From: Malacoraja senta
Taxonomy: Eukaryota
Length of the DNA: 64,000 nucleotides
Direction: 5' to 3'
Assembly (NCBI GenBank): GCA_038087875.1
Contig: CM075988.1
Location: 23,066,001-23,130,000, forward strand
Both the position numbers and the translations under genes were made by a program. Below, piece after piece: positions 24,301-39,300 of the stretch. How positions within the stretch are numbered: position 1 is the first letter of the stretch; each line of letters begins with the position of its first letter. The notes under the pieces were generated by a model that saw only the letters and a list, made by a program, of their open reading frames with translations, did no database searches and was not told where the DNA came from.

Positions 24301-27300
24301 GTACAAATCCTGTGCAGTACCAAGGTAATGATGCAGGGAGAACTTGTTAACACTAGTCAGGAACAATTAAACCTTCTGGTACAACATTCCTAGAATAGTA
24401 GGGTCATTGAGTCATTCAGCGCGGGAACATGTTGTCCATGCTGCCCATCTACGCTAGTCCCACATTCCCACGTTGACCCTTATCCCTCTAAACCTTTCCT
24501 ATCCATGTACATGCCTAAATCTCTACATAATTAAAAGTCTCATCTTGTATGTATGTATGTATGTATGTATGTATGTATGTATGTATGTATGTATGTATGT
24601 ATGTTCCCAAAATACAGCCAAAACGGTACACGATAGAGCAACAATTTTAAGGACGCCTCACTCACCATTGGCCTGCGGTGTGCAGTAGCAAGTTACGTTC
24701 GATTTTACAAAGTAATTCCCTTTATAAACCTTAATTTACTTTCTACTGAGAACGACACAAGTTTGAACGCGGTAGACGCGTCTGCGCAGTGCGCTCCCAC
24801 TTGCCGGGCCCGTCAGCCGCGCCTGCGCAGTTGGGGGAGGGTTGCCCGTAAGTGCACAGTGTGTACTTGACTGGCATCACAACGGGAACCAAACAGGTCG
24901 CCACAACTGGGACCCAACGGGTCCACGGGTCGTCTAGTGGCTTCTAAATGCTGTTATAGTGTCTGCCTTCGCTATTTCCACTGGCAGCTTATTCCATGTA
25001 CCCACCATCTTCAGTGTGAAAAATATACCTCTTGGGTTTCTATTCATTCTTTCCCCTCTCACTTTAAACCCATGCCCTCTAGTTCTTGATTCCCCTCCCC
25101 TGGGAAAGAGACTTTGTGGATTCACCCATGTATCCCCATCACAATTTGCAGCAAACTTAAAATCTCATTAAAAAAATATATATCCAGAGACACCTCTCCA
25201 AATAAAACAGGCAATCAATGTAAATTGCCCGTGTTATGATGACTACAATAAGGCTAATGTTTGGAAAACAATGAAGAAAGCTTTGTTTCTAGCCTGGCTG
25301 GAGTGTACACAGAATAATAAGGCATAATATTCGAGGAAAATTCCCCATGCAAGTGCCAGCAAGTTTTAAAGGAATGGGTGACGTTTCGGATCGAACCCTT
25401 CTTCAGTCTTCACCCGAAACGTCACATATTTCTTTTCTCTACGGATGCTGCCTGACCCGCTGAGTTAATCCAGCATTTTGAGTCTATCTTTTTTTAAGTT
25501 GGGTAGTTCTTCTAAACAAGTTACCTGGCTGATTATTAAGGCTCCCATTTCTATCAGTAACCGTATGCAGGACTCCAGTTGCTCAGCTTTACACTGCAGC
25601 TCATCTTGCCTCTGTGGTATCAGGTCAGGATCATAAAAGAGTTCCCGATAAACGGAGTTGTGAGAGATAACTGCGCAATGCAAAGGGGTGAGCCCTGAAA
25701 CACAAGAACGGGAGGTTAATTCCACGACAGGCAGGCAGGCAGGCAAACTTGCAACAAAACCGCGAACATGACAACAACATCTAAACCACAAGACCGACTG
25801 AGCCGCATGTTCGAGCATGTGATGGAAAACTGACGACGTTGGTGTAATTATTGGCCTTCACTGTGCCATGAATTATTTAGCCATAGTTACGTTCTGTGAT
25901 ATCTTGGAGGAGGAGAGATTGTAAAGGTTTCCATAATATGATAATGATTTTCGCATTAATATTTAATTGCCAATAATTATCGGGTCCTGCAGACACGTAC
26001 GAGCTGGGAGTGTTCAGAAGTGTTATGTTTTAATAGAATTGCTTTTGGCAGCCTAGGATAAACAGCAATCGATCCACCATCGCAGATTAGACAACAGCAT
26101 AGATGGCATTAAGTTAAAACAAAGACTCCAATTGTAGGGAAGCTGCATTGTCGGTTGAGGGTGTGGGGCAATAAGGATATCTCTTGAACGTTTCTTTTTA
26201 AAAAACTATTAGTTTATTAAGCAGAATTGGACAATTTCTTGGAAGGTCGACACAACTGATCTATTTGTGACCTTGCAATATAGTCACCTTAATTTCTACG
26301 GCCAGAATCACGTTGAGTGCTAGCTGGCATTTCCAATGACTGATGGACAGCAGAAATCTGGCATCAATCATTCCTCCCACTCACCATTTCTCATTGGTAA
26401 AAGGCGAATAAGTGATGCTGCTGGCATTAGATGTTATTAGCTACAAGGAGAGTTTAGTTTTTTGGGTAGGTTTCGAGATACAGTGTGCAAACAAGCACTT
26501 TGGCCCACCGAGTCCGCACCGACCAACAACCGCCCCATACACTAGTTCTCGCCTACATACTGGGGTAAATTTACAGAAGCCAAGTAACCTACAAACCTGC
26601 ATGTCTTTGGAATGTGGGCAGAATAATAGATAATAGACAATAGACAATAGGTGCAGGAGTAGGCCATTTGGCCCTTCGAGCCAGCACTGCCATTCAATGT
26701 GATCATGGCTGATCATCCCCAATCAGTACCCCGTTCCTGCCTTCTCCCCATATCCCCTGACTCCGCTATTTTTAAGAGCCCTATCTAGCTCTCTCTTGAA
26801 AGCATCCAGAGAACCTGCCTCCACCGCCCTCTGAGGCAGAGAATTCCACAGACTCACCACTCTGTGAGAAAAAGTGTTTCCTCGTCTCCGTTCTAAATGG
26901 CTTACTCCTTATTCTTAAACTGTGGCCCCTGGTACTGGACTCCCCCAACATCGGGAACATGTTTCCTGCCTCTAGCGTGTCCAAGCCCCTAACAATCTTA
27001 TGTGTTTCAATGAGAATCCCTCTCATCCTTCTAAACTCCAGAGTGTACAAGCCCAGCTGCTCCATTCTCTCAGCATATGACAGGCCCTCCATCCCGGGAA
27101 TTAACCTTGTTCCCTGGGAATCAGGAGCACCTGGAGAAAACCCACACGGCCACAGGGAGAAGGTACAAACTCCTCCACAGAACTACTCCTCCACAGAAGA
27201 TTATATTTGAGTTGCTACAGATGGAAATCGTTCGGACGTCACTAATTTGGTAAGAGCATTTATTTTTAATGCAGTATTCTGAAATTTAAAAAAATCTTAA

Positions 27301-30300
27301 AACAGCTCAGGCACAATGATCTGGGAATGTTTGGGAAGGATGGAGCTGGTGATGCCAGACTGGCGAGAGCAGTCATCTGCCAGGAGATCTAACTTGTTGG
27401 CATAGCCAGTAGCTGCACTGGTCAATATTGCTTGCTGCAATGCTCATCTCTGGGGATAGGAACAGTCCCCCTGTCCTGACCAGATATGGTTATCAGGACC
27501 TTCTGGTGAGTCACAAGGAATTGCAGATGCTGGACTCTTGAGCAAAAGTACACAGTGTAGGAGAAACATAGTGGCTTTCTAGATGCTGCCTGACCTGTTG
27601 AGTTTCAGTAGCTTTGAGCACATGGAGTTGCGGAAGCAGGCGCTTCGGCCCACGTCACCACGTCAAGCACCCATGTACACTACTCCCACACACCAATACC
27701 GCTTTACTTTTCCCTGCATTCACCTCGACAGACTCTACCCACTCACTTGTACATTCGTGGTCAGTTTAGACTTCACGAATATGCAAGAGTGGGACATGAC
27801 TGACCAATGGGCGGCACGGTGGTAGAACTGCTGCCTCACAGCGCTAGAGACCCAGGTTCAATCCTGACCTCGGGTGCTGTCTGTGTGGAGTTTGCATGTT
27901 CTCTCTGTGACTGCGTGGGTTTCCTTCAGGTGCTCCGGTTCCTCCCACATCCCAAAGACCATCTCTCTCTCTTTCTCTTTCTTGGGATATGAGCTAAACG
28001 TGGGCAAATGTGACTAGTTTAGATGGGGCATCTTGGACGGCATGGAGGAGTTGGGCTGAAGGGCCTGTTTCCCTGCTGTACAACTATGACATTCAGTCTT
28101 ATGTACTTTTAATGCCATTCATTACAATACTGTGGAGGTATGGTTACCAATCCTGTGATCTTTGTGCATTCTCCAAATTATAGATAAAATCAATTTACGG
28201 ACGTCTGTAAAAACAGAACCCATTGAAGAATGGTCCCGACCCAAAACATCGTCTGTCCATTCCCTTCACTGATGCAGCCTGACCTGACCCGCTGAGTTCC
28301 TCCAGCACTTTGTGTTTTACTCAAGATCCCAGCATCTCCAGAACCTGTTTGTTATTCGGTTGTAGGTCTGCGTTGGAAGCGTTTCTAGCCAGGATCATAC
28401 CTCATTGAACAGCAATGTGGGTTTCATACAGCTAATGGAGCCAAACCGTGAACGACGGAGCAGTAATTACGTACCTTCAAAGTCTCGTGCCTCTAAGTCC
28501 AGCAGTGTTCCCGTTGCTATGACCATCTGCAAAAGCAGACAGGGTTGACTCAGATCACAAATGATAAGTCAAAAGACACTTCCTTGTACATTCTGACAGG
28601 CATAGGCATAATACAATCTATACATCCTCACACCCTAGATATATGATGAGGCATCCTGCTGTGACTAGAATGTAATCGCATTTATTTCTCCAATCCCTGA
28701 GATTTGATCCCACACCTCTCGCAAGGTAGGAATGTGTTTCCAGGTATCATGACCATGCCAGACAAAAGTAACCCCTTGTTTTTCCCACTGGCCTTTTGTC
28801 TCCATTTCACCTCCACCCGTTGTTACAATCTCCACCCACCTGCCAAGAACCCCTCCTCACCTGAATCCACTTATTACTGACCAGCTCTTGCCCCACCATT
28901 TCCACTCACCTTTGTTTACCAACTTTCTCCCCTCTGGTTCTGCCTGACCCGCCGAGTAACTCTAACACTCAGTGTTTTTTTTTTTGTAAACCATCATCTG
29001 CAGTTCCTTGTGTCTGCACAAGTTCACGTTATAGGGGTAGAATTAGGCCATTCGGCCCATCGGCCCTGATCTTGGCCTCCTAATCCCATTTTCCTGCCTT
29101 CTCCCCATCACCCTTGACACCCGTTCTAATCAAGAATTTGTCTGTCTCTGCCTTAAAAATATACACTGACTCTGTGGCAATGAGTTAACTACTCTCTGAC
29201 TAAAGAAGTTCCTCCTCACCTTTTTAAAAGAGCGCCCTTTAATTCTGAGGCTATAACCTCTGGTCCTAGACTCTCCCACCAGTGGCAACATCCTTTCCAC
29301 ATCCACTCTATCTATGCCTTTCATTATTCTGTAAGTTCCAATGAGGTCCCCCCTCAACCTACTAAACTGCAGCGAGTAGAGGCCCAGTGCCTCACCCACA
29401 TTCCTGGAATAATTCTTGTAAACCTCCTCTGGACCCTCTCCAGAAACAGCACATCCTTCCTCAGATATGGGGCCCAAATTTGTTCACAATACCACAAATG
29501 TGGCCTGACCAGCGCCTTGTAGAGGCTCAGCATTACAACTCTGTTTTTGTATTCCAGTCCTCTAAATATAAATGTACTTGTAATCTAGTGTTCCGCTCAT
29601 GCTGTTTTCTCTTTGGTACTCCAGGGATAAATTCCAGACCAGGCTTCTGCCCATGCCAAAAGCGAATAAGATTCCAACTCTTATATTAGCTTAAGATAGA
29701 CACAAAATGCTGGAGGAAATGCTGGCAAATTTCCGCAGATCTGCAATTCACAGCTTGTTTCTTTTATTTTTTTTTATTTTTTATTTTTATTTATTAGAAG
29801 TACATTACATTACAACCACATACATTAATACTCGTCATTTGTATCTTCTTACAATTAATGTACTCCCTTTATTTATTTTTTTACACTAGAAAAGGAAAAG
29901 ATTGAAAGAAAGAAGAAAGTGAAGGAAAAAGTGAAAGTGTAGAAAAGTGTAGAAAATGTAACAACAAAAAAGGACGAAGACCCTATAAGAGCGAAATTAA
30001 AAACAAAAGAAAAAGAGTTAAGAAATAGGCCCTAGGAAAAAAAAGAGAAAGAGAGGAAAAAAAAAAAAAAGAAAAAAAAATGTTTTTTTGAGCATTACGT
30101 AAATAGGACATACCAACTCTTCAACTATCATCCCCCCTTACCTGACCTCAATTTTTTATTTTTTTTAAAGTAATTTTGCACCCTATGTTTGTAATAATTC
30201 TATAAATGCAGACCACGTCAGGTGGAAGTGATCTGGTTTACCTGCTAGGAGGAGTCTTTTCTCTTCTAGGTGTAATGTTTCAAACATATTTGAAATCCAC

Positions 30301-33300
30301 ATATTTATAGTTGGTATTGGAGCCTTCTTCCAAAGTTTTAGAATTAGCTTTTTTCCAGTTATTAACCCATAGTCCATTAATTTCTTTTGAAACACATTTA
30401 GTTCTGGATCATCTTCCGTTATTCCGAAGATAATCCATTCTGCTTTGGGTATCAGTCTTGTTTTAAATAACTTTGAAAAGATTTCAAAAATTTTTGTACA
30501 GAAGACGAATGAGTGCGCTATAGTAGCTTCTTGGGATTGACATTTATCACAAATAGATGATACGTTTGGGAAAATTTTATGAATTTTAGTTTTCGAATAA
30601 TATAATCTATGTAAAATTTTAAATTGTATTAAAGTGTGTCTTACATTAATCGAGCATTTATGTACTTTTAATAAGTATTCATTCCAACTTTCCTTTGAAA
30701 TTTTAATAGCTAACTCTTGTTCCCAGTCTCTTCTGATACCCTCCGTAGGTGGTATTTGTACATTTAAAATAATATTATACAAATATGATATTAAGTTTGC
30801 TGATTCCGCTTTTATCTGCATTGCCTCGTCCAATACATCTACTGGGTTATTATAATGATCTTTTGTATATTTTTTCAAATAGTCGCATATTTGAAAATAT
30901 TTAAAATATTGATTATTTCCGAGTTTATATTTTATTTGTAATTGTTGAAATGAAAGTAATTTTCCAGTTTCATACAAGTCACCAAGCGTTTTAATTCCTA
31001 GTCTATCCCATTGTGTATAAGCTTTATCTATAATAGAAGGACTAAACGAAGGATTATTGACTATAGGTAATAAAAGTGATAAATTTCTTAATTTTAAATT
31101 TTGTTTTATTTGTTTCCAAATACAGATTGTACTATGAATAATTGGGTTCTTATTATAATTTATGTTATTCAGTTTCATTGGAGAGAGGAGGATCGCTCCA
31201 ATGTTTCTAGAGGAGCAATCCTCTTTCTCCATTACAATCCAGTCTACTTGCTGGGCGGAGTTATCCATCAGTTGAATCATGTTTTTAATATTTACTGACC
31301 AATAATAATACATAAAATTAGGTAGTGCTAAACCCCCCAATACTTTAGGTTTATTCAGATGAGTTTTTTGTATTCTATGTGATTTATAGTCCCATATAAA
31401 ATTAGTGATATCTGAGTCGAGCTTTTTAAAAAACTTCTTAGGTAAGTATATAGGAATTGATTGAAATAGGTATAAAATTTGTGGTAAAAAGATCATTTTT
31501 ATTGCGTTTATTCGGCCTATTAAAGACATCGGGAGCGTTTTCCAGAATTTAATTAGTGTATTTAATTTATTAAGTAGGGGGTCAAAATTTGCCCTGAACA
31601 TACCTTGATATGTTCTGGTAATTTCGATTCCCAAATATTTAAATTTTTCTGTAGCTATTTTAAAAGGGACTTTTAAAAGATGTGTTGAATCTTTCGGTTT
31701 TATTGACATAATTTCACTTTTATTCCAATTTATTCTATATCCAGAAAAAGATCCAAAGTCTTCAATTAAATTTAATATATTTGGTATAGTGATTTGAGGT
31801 TTTGTAATATACAGTAATATATCATCCGCGTATAAAGATATTTTATTATATCAGTCTTTAGTATTATATCCATGAATATCAGGGTGTATTCTAATTTTTT
31901 CTGCTAGCGGTTCAATAATGAGAGCAAACAGCTGTGGTGATAATGAGCATCCTTGTCTATTTCCCCTTGATAGTTGAAATTTCTAGGATAATATGTTATT
32001 AGTTAGTATTCTAGCTGTAGGTTTGTTATATAGTAACTTAATCCATAAAATAAAATTCTCTCCCAGTTGAAATTTTTGTAATACTTTATCCATATAATTC
32101 CATTCTACTTGATCAAATGCTTTTTCAGCATCCAGCGAAATAATTGATAATTCTTGATCTTCAGATTTGTGTGAGTGCATTATGTTGAGTAGACGTCTCA
32201 TATTATTAGAAGAGTATCTCTTAGGGATAAACCCTGTCTGATCTGGGTTTATTAATTTACTAATGTATTTACTTAATCTTCTAGCTAATGTTTTCGCTAA
32301 TATTTTTTGATCTGTGTTTAACAATGCTATAGCTCTATATGAACCAGGTTCTTCTAAATCTTTATTTTTCTTAGGTATTAATGTAATCGTTGATTCCGCT
32401 AATGTATCAGGTAGTATTCGTTTTTTAAAAGCGTATTGGTACATTTTTTGTAATCTTGGTATTAGTTTATCATAAAAGCTTTTATAAAATTCATTAGTAA
32501 ATCCATCAGGGCCTGGTGTTTTTCCATTCTTTAATGAGTTTATTGTATCTTCTAATTCCTTAATTGAGATTTGTGCACCCAGTTCCTCTTGTTCCTTCAG
32601 CTCTAACTTTGGAAGATTACAGGTATCCAAGAACTTTGTGATATTATTGGAATCAATTATCGTTTTAGATGTATACAAATTCTCGTAAAATTGCGCAAAT
32701 CTTTTATTAATATCCTTCGGTGTTGTTAATAATTCCCCTTTATCTGATTTGATCTTTGGTATAGTATGTTCCTTTTCTCGTTTTTTTAGCTGGCGAGCCA
32801 AAAGTTTATGCGGTGTATCCCCAAATTCAAAGTGCTCTTGTTTTGTAATTTGAAAAAGTCTTATAAGTTTGGCAGATAATAATTTATTTAATTTAAATTT
32901 TAAAATTATTATTTTATTATGTTTATCTATTGATGGATCTTTAGCATTATCTATATCCATTTGTCTAATAAGTTCTTCTAACTGTCTTTGTTCATTCTTA
33001 TTCTTTTTATTTTGAAAAGCTTGATATGAAATTATAATACCCCTAATGTATGCTTTAAAAGATTCCCAAAATAAAGTAGGCGATATATCTGAAGTATCAT
33101 TTGTTTGAAAAAAGACCTCCATTTGTTCTTTTAAATATATACTCGCTTGTGGATCTTTTAAAATTTGAGAATTAAATCTCCAGAACGATTCACAGCTTGT
33201 TTCTTAATCCCTTGCATTTGCTGATTGAATGACACTTTAAAATGGGACACCACAAATAAATGTATTGGTCGGATTACCACAGAGGATTCTGACAATGCTG

Positions 33301-36300
33301 GCATCTCCTGACACAACATCCTGAGTGTGTTTTTTTGAGAACCCGATGAAAACACACAAGACATTCATAAGCCTTTGAGAAACCTGGAAGCTTAATACAA
33401 AGTCAGCAAACAACTTTTTTATTTTTCCATCAGACTCCAACCCAGACTTATCCATTCTCAACCATCTTAGTTTAAGTTTAGAGATACAGCATGAAAACTG
33501 GCCCTTCGTCCCACCGAGTCCGTGCCGACCAGTGATCACCCATGCACTAGTTCTATCCTACACGCCAGGGACAATTTACAGAAGCCAATTAACCTACAAA
33601 TCTTCACGTCTTTAGAATGTGCTGGAAACCAGAGCACCCGGAGAAAACCCACACGGTGGAATAACATAGACCTCTAGTGAGCGGATGTTCTTACCCCTCC
33701 GCTTGTCCCCTTCCACCTGCTATCCCTCCCCACGGCTTTATATCTCCGACTTCCTCTTCCTTCTTTACCTGACACCCTTTTGTCTTCATTTCTTCTTCAA
33801 CCTTTTGTTACTATCTCCACTCGTCTGCCAATCACCTGTATCCACCTATCACTTGTGTGAGAAGGAACTGCAGATGCTGGTTTAAACCGAAGATAGGCAC
33901 AAAAAGCTGGAGTGACTCTGCGGGACAGGCGACATCTCTGGAGGGAAGGAATGGGTGAGATCTGAAACGTCACCCATTCCTTCTCTATTTAGATGCTGCC
34001 TGTCCCGCTGAGTTACTCCAGCTTTAGCGTGTCTATCTTCCACCTATCACTTGCTACTTTTTGCTCCATCACTTCCCCTCGCTCCTCTTTAGTAGACATC
34101 TTCTGTGCTCCATCACTGAAGGAGGGTCCCAACGCAAAATGTCATCGGGCCACTTCCCCCCACAGATGCTGCCTGACCCCAGAGTTCCTCCAGCCCTTTG
34201 TTTCTTGCTCAAGATTCCTGCATCTGTACCTCCAACTCTTCTACTCGAGCATCATGCCAATACTACATCAGCTTTCACTCCTTCCTTTATTGCAATTTGA
34301 AAGATGATGCCATAATCTCCAGGTAGCTTCTATGCTTCATCTTTACTTGCATACTCTGTCAGTAAGTGTTTGAAGGTTTTGCACTGAGGAGCAGTTCACA
34401 TGTAGATAGGGTGATCATAAAGGCTTTTGGCACATTGGTCTTCATCAGTCAGAATGCTGGGTATAGAAGAAGTTGGGAGGTCATGTTGCAGTTGGTGCAA
34501 CATGACGTTGGTGAGGCCGCATTTAGAGTATTGTTCTATTAGTTCTGGGCACCAGTGTCAAGTTGGAAAGGGTTCGGAGAAGATGTATGAGGATGCTGCC
34601 AGGACTTGAGGGCCTGAGCTACAGGGAGAGGTTGAGCAGGCTGGAACTCCATTCCGCGGAGCACAGGAGGATGAGAGTTGATCTTATATCGGTGTATAAA
34701 ATCATGTGAGGAATAGATTGGGTAGTCTCTTACCCAAAGTTGGGGAATTGAGAACCAGAGGACATAGGTTTAAGGTGAAGGGGGAAAGAATTAAAGGGTA
34801 ACTTTTTCACACAAAGGGTGGCGTGTGTATGGAACAAGCTGCCAGAGGAGGTAGTTGAGGCAGGGACTATTGCAATGTTTAAGAAACTATTAGACAAGTA
34901 CATGGATATGAAAGGATTACATAGAAACATAGACAATAGGTGCAGGAGTAGGCCATTCAGCCCTTCGAGCCAGCACCGCCATTCAATATGATCATGGCTG
35001 ATCATCCAACTCAGATTAGAGGGATATGGGCCAAACGTAGGCAGGTGGGACTAATGTAGCTGGGACATGTTGGTTGGTGTGGACAAGTTGGGCCGAAGGG
35101 CCTGTTTCCGCGCCGTTTGACTCTATGACTCTATGTTTTAAATGAACAATAGACCAGTATCACACTAACCATAATAAAACAAGCTTTGCAATCTGCTTGC
35201 TTTCTCATCTCATTTAACAATTATTGGACATATTTGGGGCTTTCCATAGCTGTGACCATGCTTTACCTGGGACAATGACACCCGTCAACGGGGTTACAGC
35301 GAGTCAAACTTAAAGAAGCGAGAGCACTGATAATAGATTTAATGAGAACTAAGAAGACAATAAAATTGAAATATAGCCAGAATTAGACGAGCAATGAGTT
35401 GTTATTCCAGAGATTTGATTAGCCTCGACTTGACAAACTTCCATTGAAGTCACTTTATTGCTGGGCGTTGGCTGAAGTGAGCAGGTAGGACTGACAAGGG
35501 GTAATTGGAAGAGTTATGAGATCTAATATTGAGCCTGAAGGTGTGTGATTCATTTAAAATTCTGTCCCTTCTGTTAATGTGCCTTTTTTTAAAACAAAAA
35601 TTGTGCCATATTATCGGATCGAAACACAGTCTAGTTTTAGCCAACTGACCGTTTTAACATTTGAGAGAACTATATCAACTTGGCTTCATATAGAACCTTA
35701 TTGCAGCAAAAACATCATTCTTAGCACTTGAAGGCATTGGTTCCAATAACAGAGGATTACGTTTGGCAGCGATTCACAGACTTACAACTGGAAGCCGAGT
35801 TGGTCTGCGTGTTTATGCACCACAACAAATTGAAACTTGTTACAACAAAATGTAATCTTCCAGCGTTGCGGAGGGGAAAAAGAGACATGGTATAGTTCTT
35901 CCCAATCTATAGGTTGAACACACAGTCTAAACTGAGGACATAGGTTTAAGGTTTGACAATAAATGGCAGGAGTAGGCCATTTGGCCCTTCGAGCCATTCA
36001 ATGTGATCATGGCTGATCATCCCCAATCAGTACCCCGTTCCTGCCTTCTCCCCATATCCCCTGACTCCGCTATTTTTAAGAGCCCTATCTAGCTCTCTCT
36101 TGAAAGCTTCCAGAGTAAGCATCCAGAGACCCGCAGTCGGGATCGAACCCGGGTCTCTGGCGCTGCAAGCGCTATAAGGCAGCAACTCTACTGCTGCGCT
36201 GCCGTGCCTCCCCAGATGGGAAGAAACTGTCCCTGAATCTGGAGGTGTACATTTTCACACTTCTGTACCTCTTCGCAGATGGGAGAGGGGAAAGATTTAA

Positions 36301-39300
36301 TAGGAACCCGTGGGGCACCATTTTCACTCAGAGGGTGGTGGTGATATGGAATGAGCTGCCAGAGGAGGTAGTTAAGGCAAGTAATACACAGTAACAGCAT
36401 TTAAGAGGCACTGGGACAGGTACATGGACAGAAAAGGTTTAGAGGGATGTGAGCCAAATACGGGCATCGGGATTAGCGTAGATGGGGCATCACGGTTGAC
36501 ACTGGTTAGTCGGGCCGAAGGGCCTGTTTTGGTGCAGTATGATTTGATGACACCATGATGTGAAATCTAATGTTAGAAAATGTAGTGGGTATGAGGATTG
36601 GGAGTATTTTATAACACATAACATATAAGAAAGGTGGGAGAACCCCCCCCCCCCCCCCCCAGCAAAATGTTCCAATCTTTGGTCGAAAGCAGACAATTGA
36701 GGTTGCAGATGCTGGAATCATAAGTAAAAATGAACCTGCTGGAGGAACTCAGCACGTCAGCCAGCATCCGTGGAGGGAAATGAACACACAACGTTTCCAG
36801 TCAGAACTATTCTTCAGTTTGAAGAAGGGAATGACAAGATGTGAGGGGATTTACAGGAAAAAGTAGATAAACCATGATCCTATTGAATGGTTGAGCAGTT
36901 TCCTCCTTTAGTCTCGTTTAGTTTAGTTTAGAGATACAGCGTGGAAACAGGATCTTCGGCCCACCGAGTCCGCACCGACCAGCGATCCCCGCACATTAAC
37001 ACAATCTTACACCCACTAGAGACAATTGTACACATACACCAAGCCAATTAACCTAAAACCCTGTACGTCTTTGGAATGTGGGAGGAATCCGAAGATCACA
37101 GAGAAAACCTACGCGGTCACGTGGAGAACGTACAAACTCCGTACAGACAGCACCCGCAGTCGGGATCGAACCCGGGTCTCTGGCGCTGCAAGCGCTATAA
37201 GGCAGCAACTCTAACTCTGCCTCCCCAGATGGGAAGAAATTGTCCCTGAATCTGGAGGTGTGCATTTTCACACTTCTGTACCTCTTCGCAGATGGGAGAG
37301 GGGAGAAGAGGGAGTGGCCTTGTCCTTCATGCCGCTGGTTCATTATGCTTAATGTATCTGATTATCTTTAAAGGCACAGTTGGCAAGGCAGTTATCGGGG
37401 GAGAGAGTCTACCACTGCATCATCGTGCTGCCATTGCGTTCTATATATTCCTATTATTCTTTGTGTTCTTATATTCAAATGCCTCAAAATATTATTAGCA
37501 AAGTGACCCATGTTTAAAATGTCTCAACGAACAATAAAATGGGGGCTAGATACAGAAGTTGAGTCTTTTTGAATTGCTTGTTGCTCGGTGCTGCCACAAC
37601 TTTGCGAAAATGAATAAAGCAAATAAAATATAAAATAAATTGGACAAATAAGTGCTCCCAGTGAAACCATTAATTCCACCGACATAGAATGGTTCACGAT
37701 AATATTAGCTGCGGAGGAAATGGTTGCCAACAAGAAATCCGTCCCAGCTTGTGTTAACTTCCAAAGGAATGTGTCGTGCAAGTCTGTTCAAAATCCATTA
37801 TTTATAAAGAATGCTCCGGTTTAATTAAACATTCTATCAATTTTAAACACATGGAATGCAGAGTCTTTAATACCTGACCATCTTCATCAAGACGGATGTG
37901 GAAGGTGCCAGCTCAGACCCCACACCACAACTCAGGAGCGCCCTTGCTGCACCAGAAATACAACACATGCACCCAGAAGCATTGGAGTGTTAAAGGACAT
38001 TTGCTTCTTTCTCTCTGTTATTGGCAACACCCTCCAGGCAATAGATTTGACATCATACCGATCGATCTCTGAAGTGTTTCTTTGTGTAGCCTCTGGTTCT
38101 TTAAACATTTAACCCTTTCCCTTCGGTAGCCATCTATCAGTGGGGACAATTTTCTTTCATTTACTTTATTAAAACTATTCATTTAATTGAACACCTGTTA
38201 AATCTCCCATTTACTTCTGGCCTCAGTAATATTGTACCTAATATGCAGGGAGTGGATGAGAAAGTGGGAGAACAGGGTGGCAAAGCGGTAGAGTTGCTGC
38301 CTCACAGCACCAGACACCTGGGTACAAATCCTGACTACGTGTGCTGTCTGTATGGAATTTGTACTTTCTCCGGGTGACTGCGTGGGTTTTCTCTGGGTGC
38401 TCCGGTTTCCTCCCACAGTCCAATGTCGCGCAGGTTTGTAGGTTAATTTGCTTCTGTAAACTGTCCCTAGTGTGTAGGATAGAGCTAGTGTACAGGGCGA
38501 TCGCTGGTCGCCCCTTGATTTCTCTGAGAAGCTAACTATCAATAGAATGATTGACCATTTTTAAAAGGTCCTGTCTACATGCTGTATAACTAAACTAAAC
38601 TAGTGAGATGGGTGATTGATGGTCGACATGGACATGGTGGGCTGAAGGGCCTGTTTCTTAGCTGTATCTCTAAACTACACTAAGCCCTCTCTGCTCTAAG
38701 TAAAATGTGTCTAATCCCTCACTGTAATTCAATCCTTGCTACCTTTTTATTAAATCTCCAGAGTGTCCCCTCTGAAACATCCATTGACACTTGATGTCTG
38801 TCTGAAAATGTGATGCATGGAAGTATTCCAACCAAGGCCAATCCGGAGATTCACAAATATTTAGGATAGCTTTTGTACATTGTACTTCTATTAATAAATC
38901 TAAAGATTCTAAATGCTTTTACAACAGCTTTCTTGACCTGTCCCGCTATCTTCTAAGATCCGTGTTCATTTAGAGTCGCAGAGTGATACAGTGTGGGAAC
39001 AGGCCCTTTGGCCCAACTTGCCCAAACTGGCCAACATGTCCCAGCTACACTAGTCCCACCTGCCCGCAACCTACTATTACCTTCATACTTTAAGATTGCA
39101 CCATTTAGTTTACACTAGACTAAGTGGCTCCCATGTTCACATGGGAGGGCTGGTCCTCCTGGGCTAATACGGGCATTTTGGGCAAAAGGGTCTGGTTTCT
39201 CAGCTAATAGGAGCCTCGTGGGCCGAAATTAGTGGTTTCAGGCAGGCCAAACAACTATTTCATTCCATTTCCTTTTCAATTTCAAGCACAGGGCAGGCCA

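Noticed and set aside
25335..25346. kB-like sequence ggaaaattcccc in an intron
   Set aside because: Single imperfect match with no supporting context.
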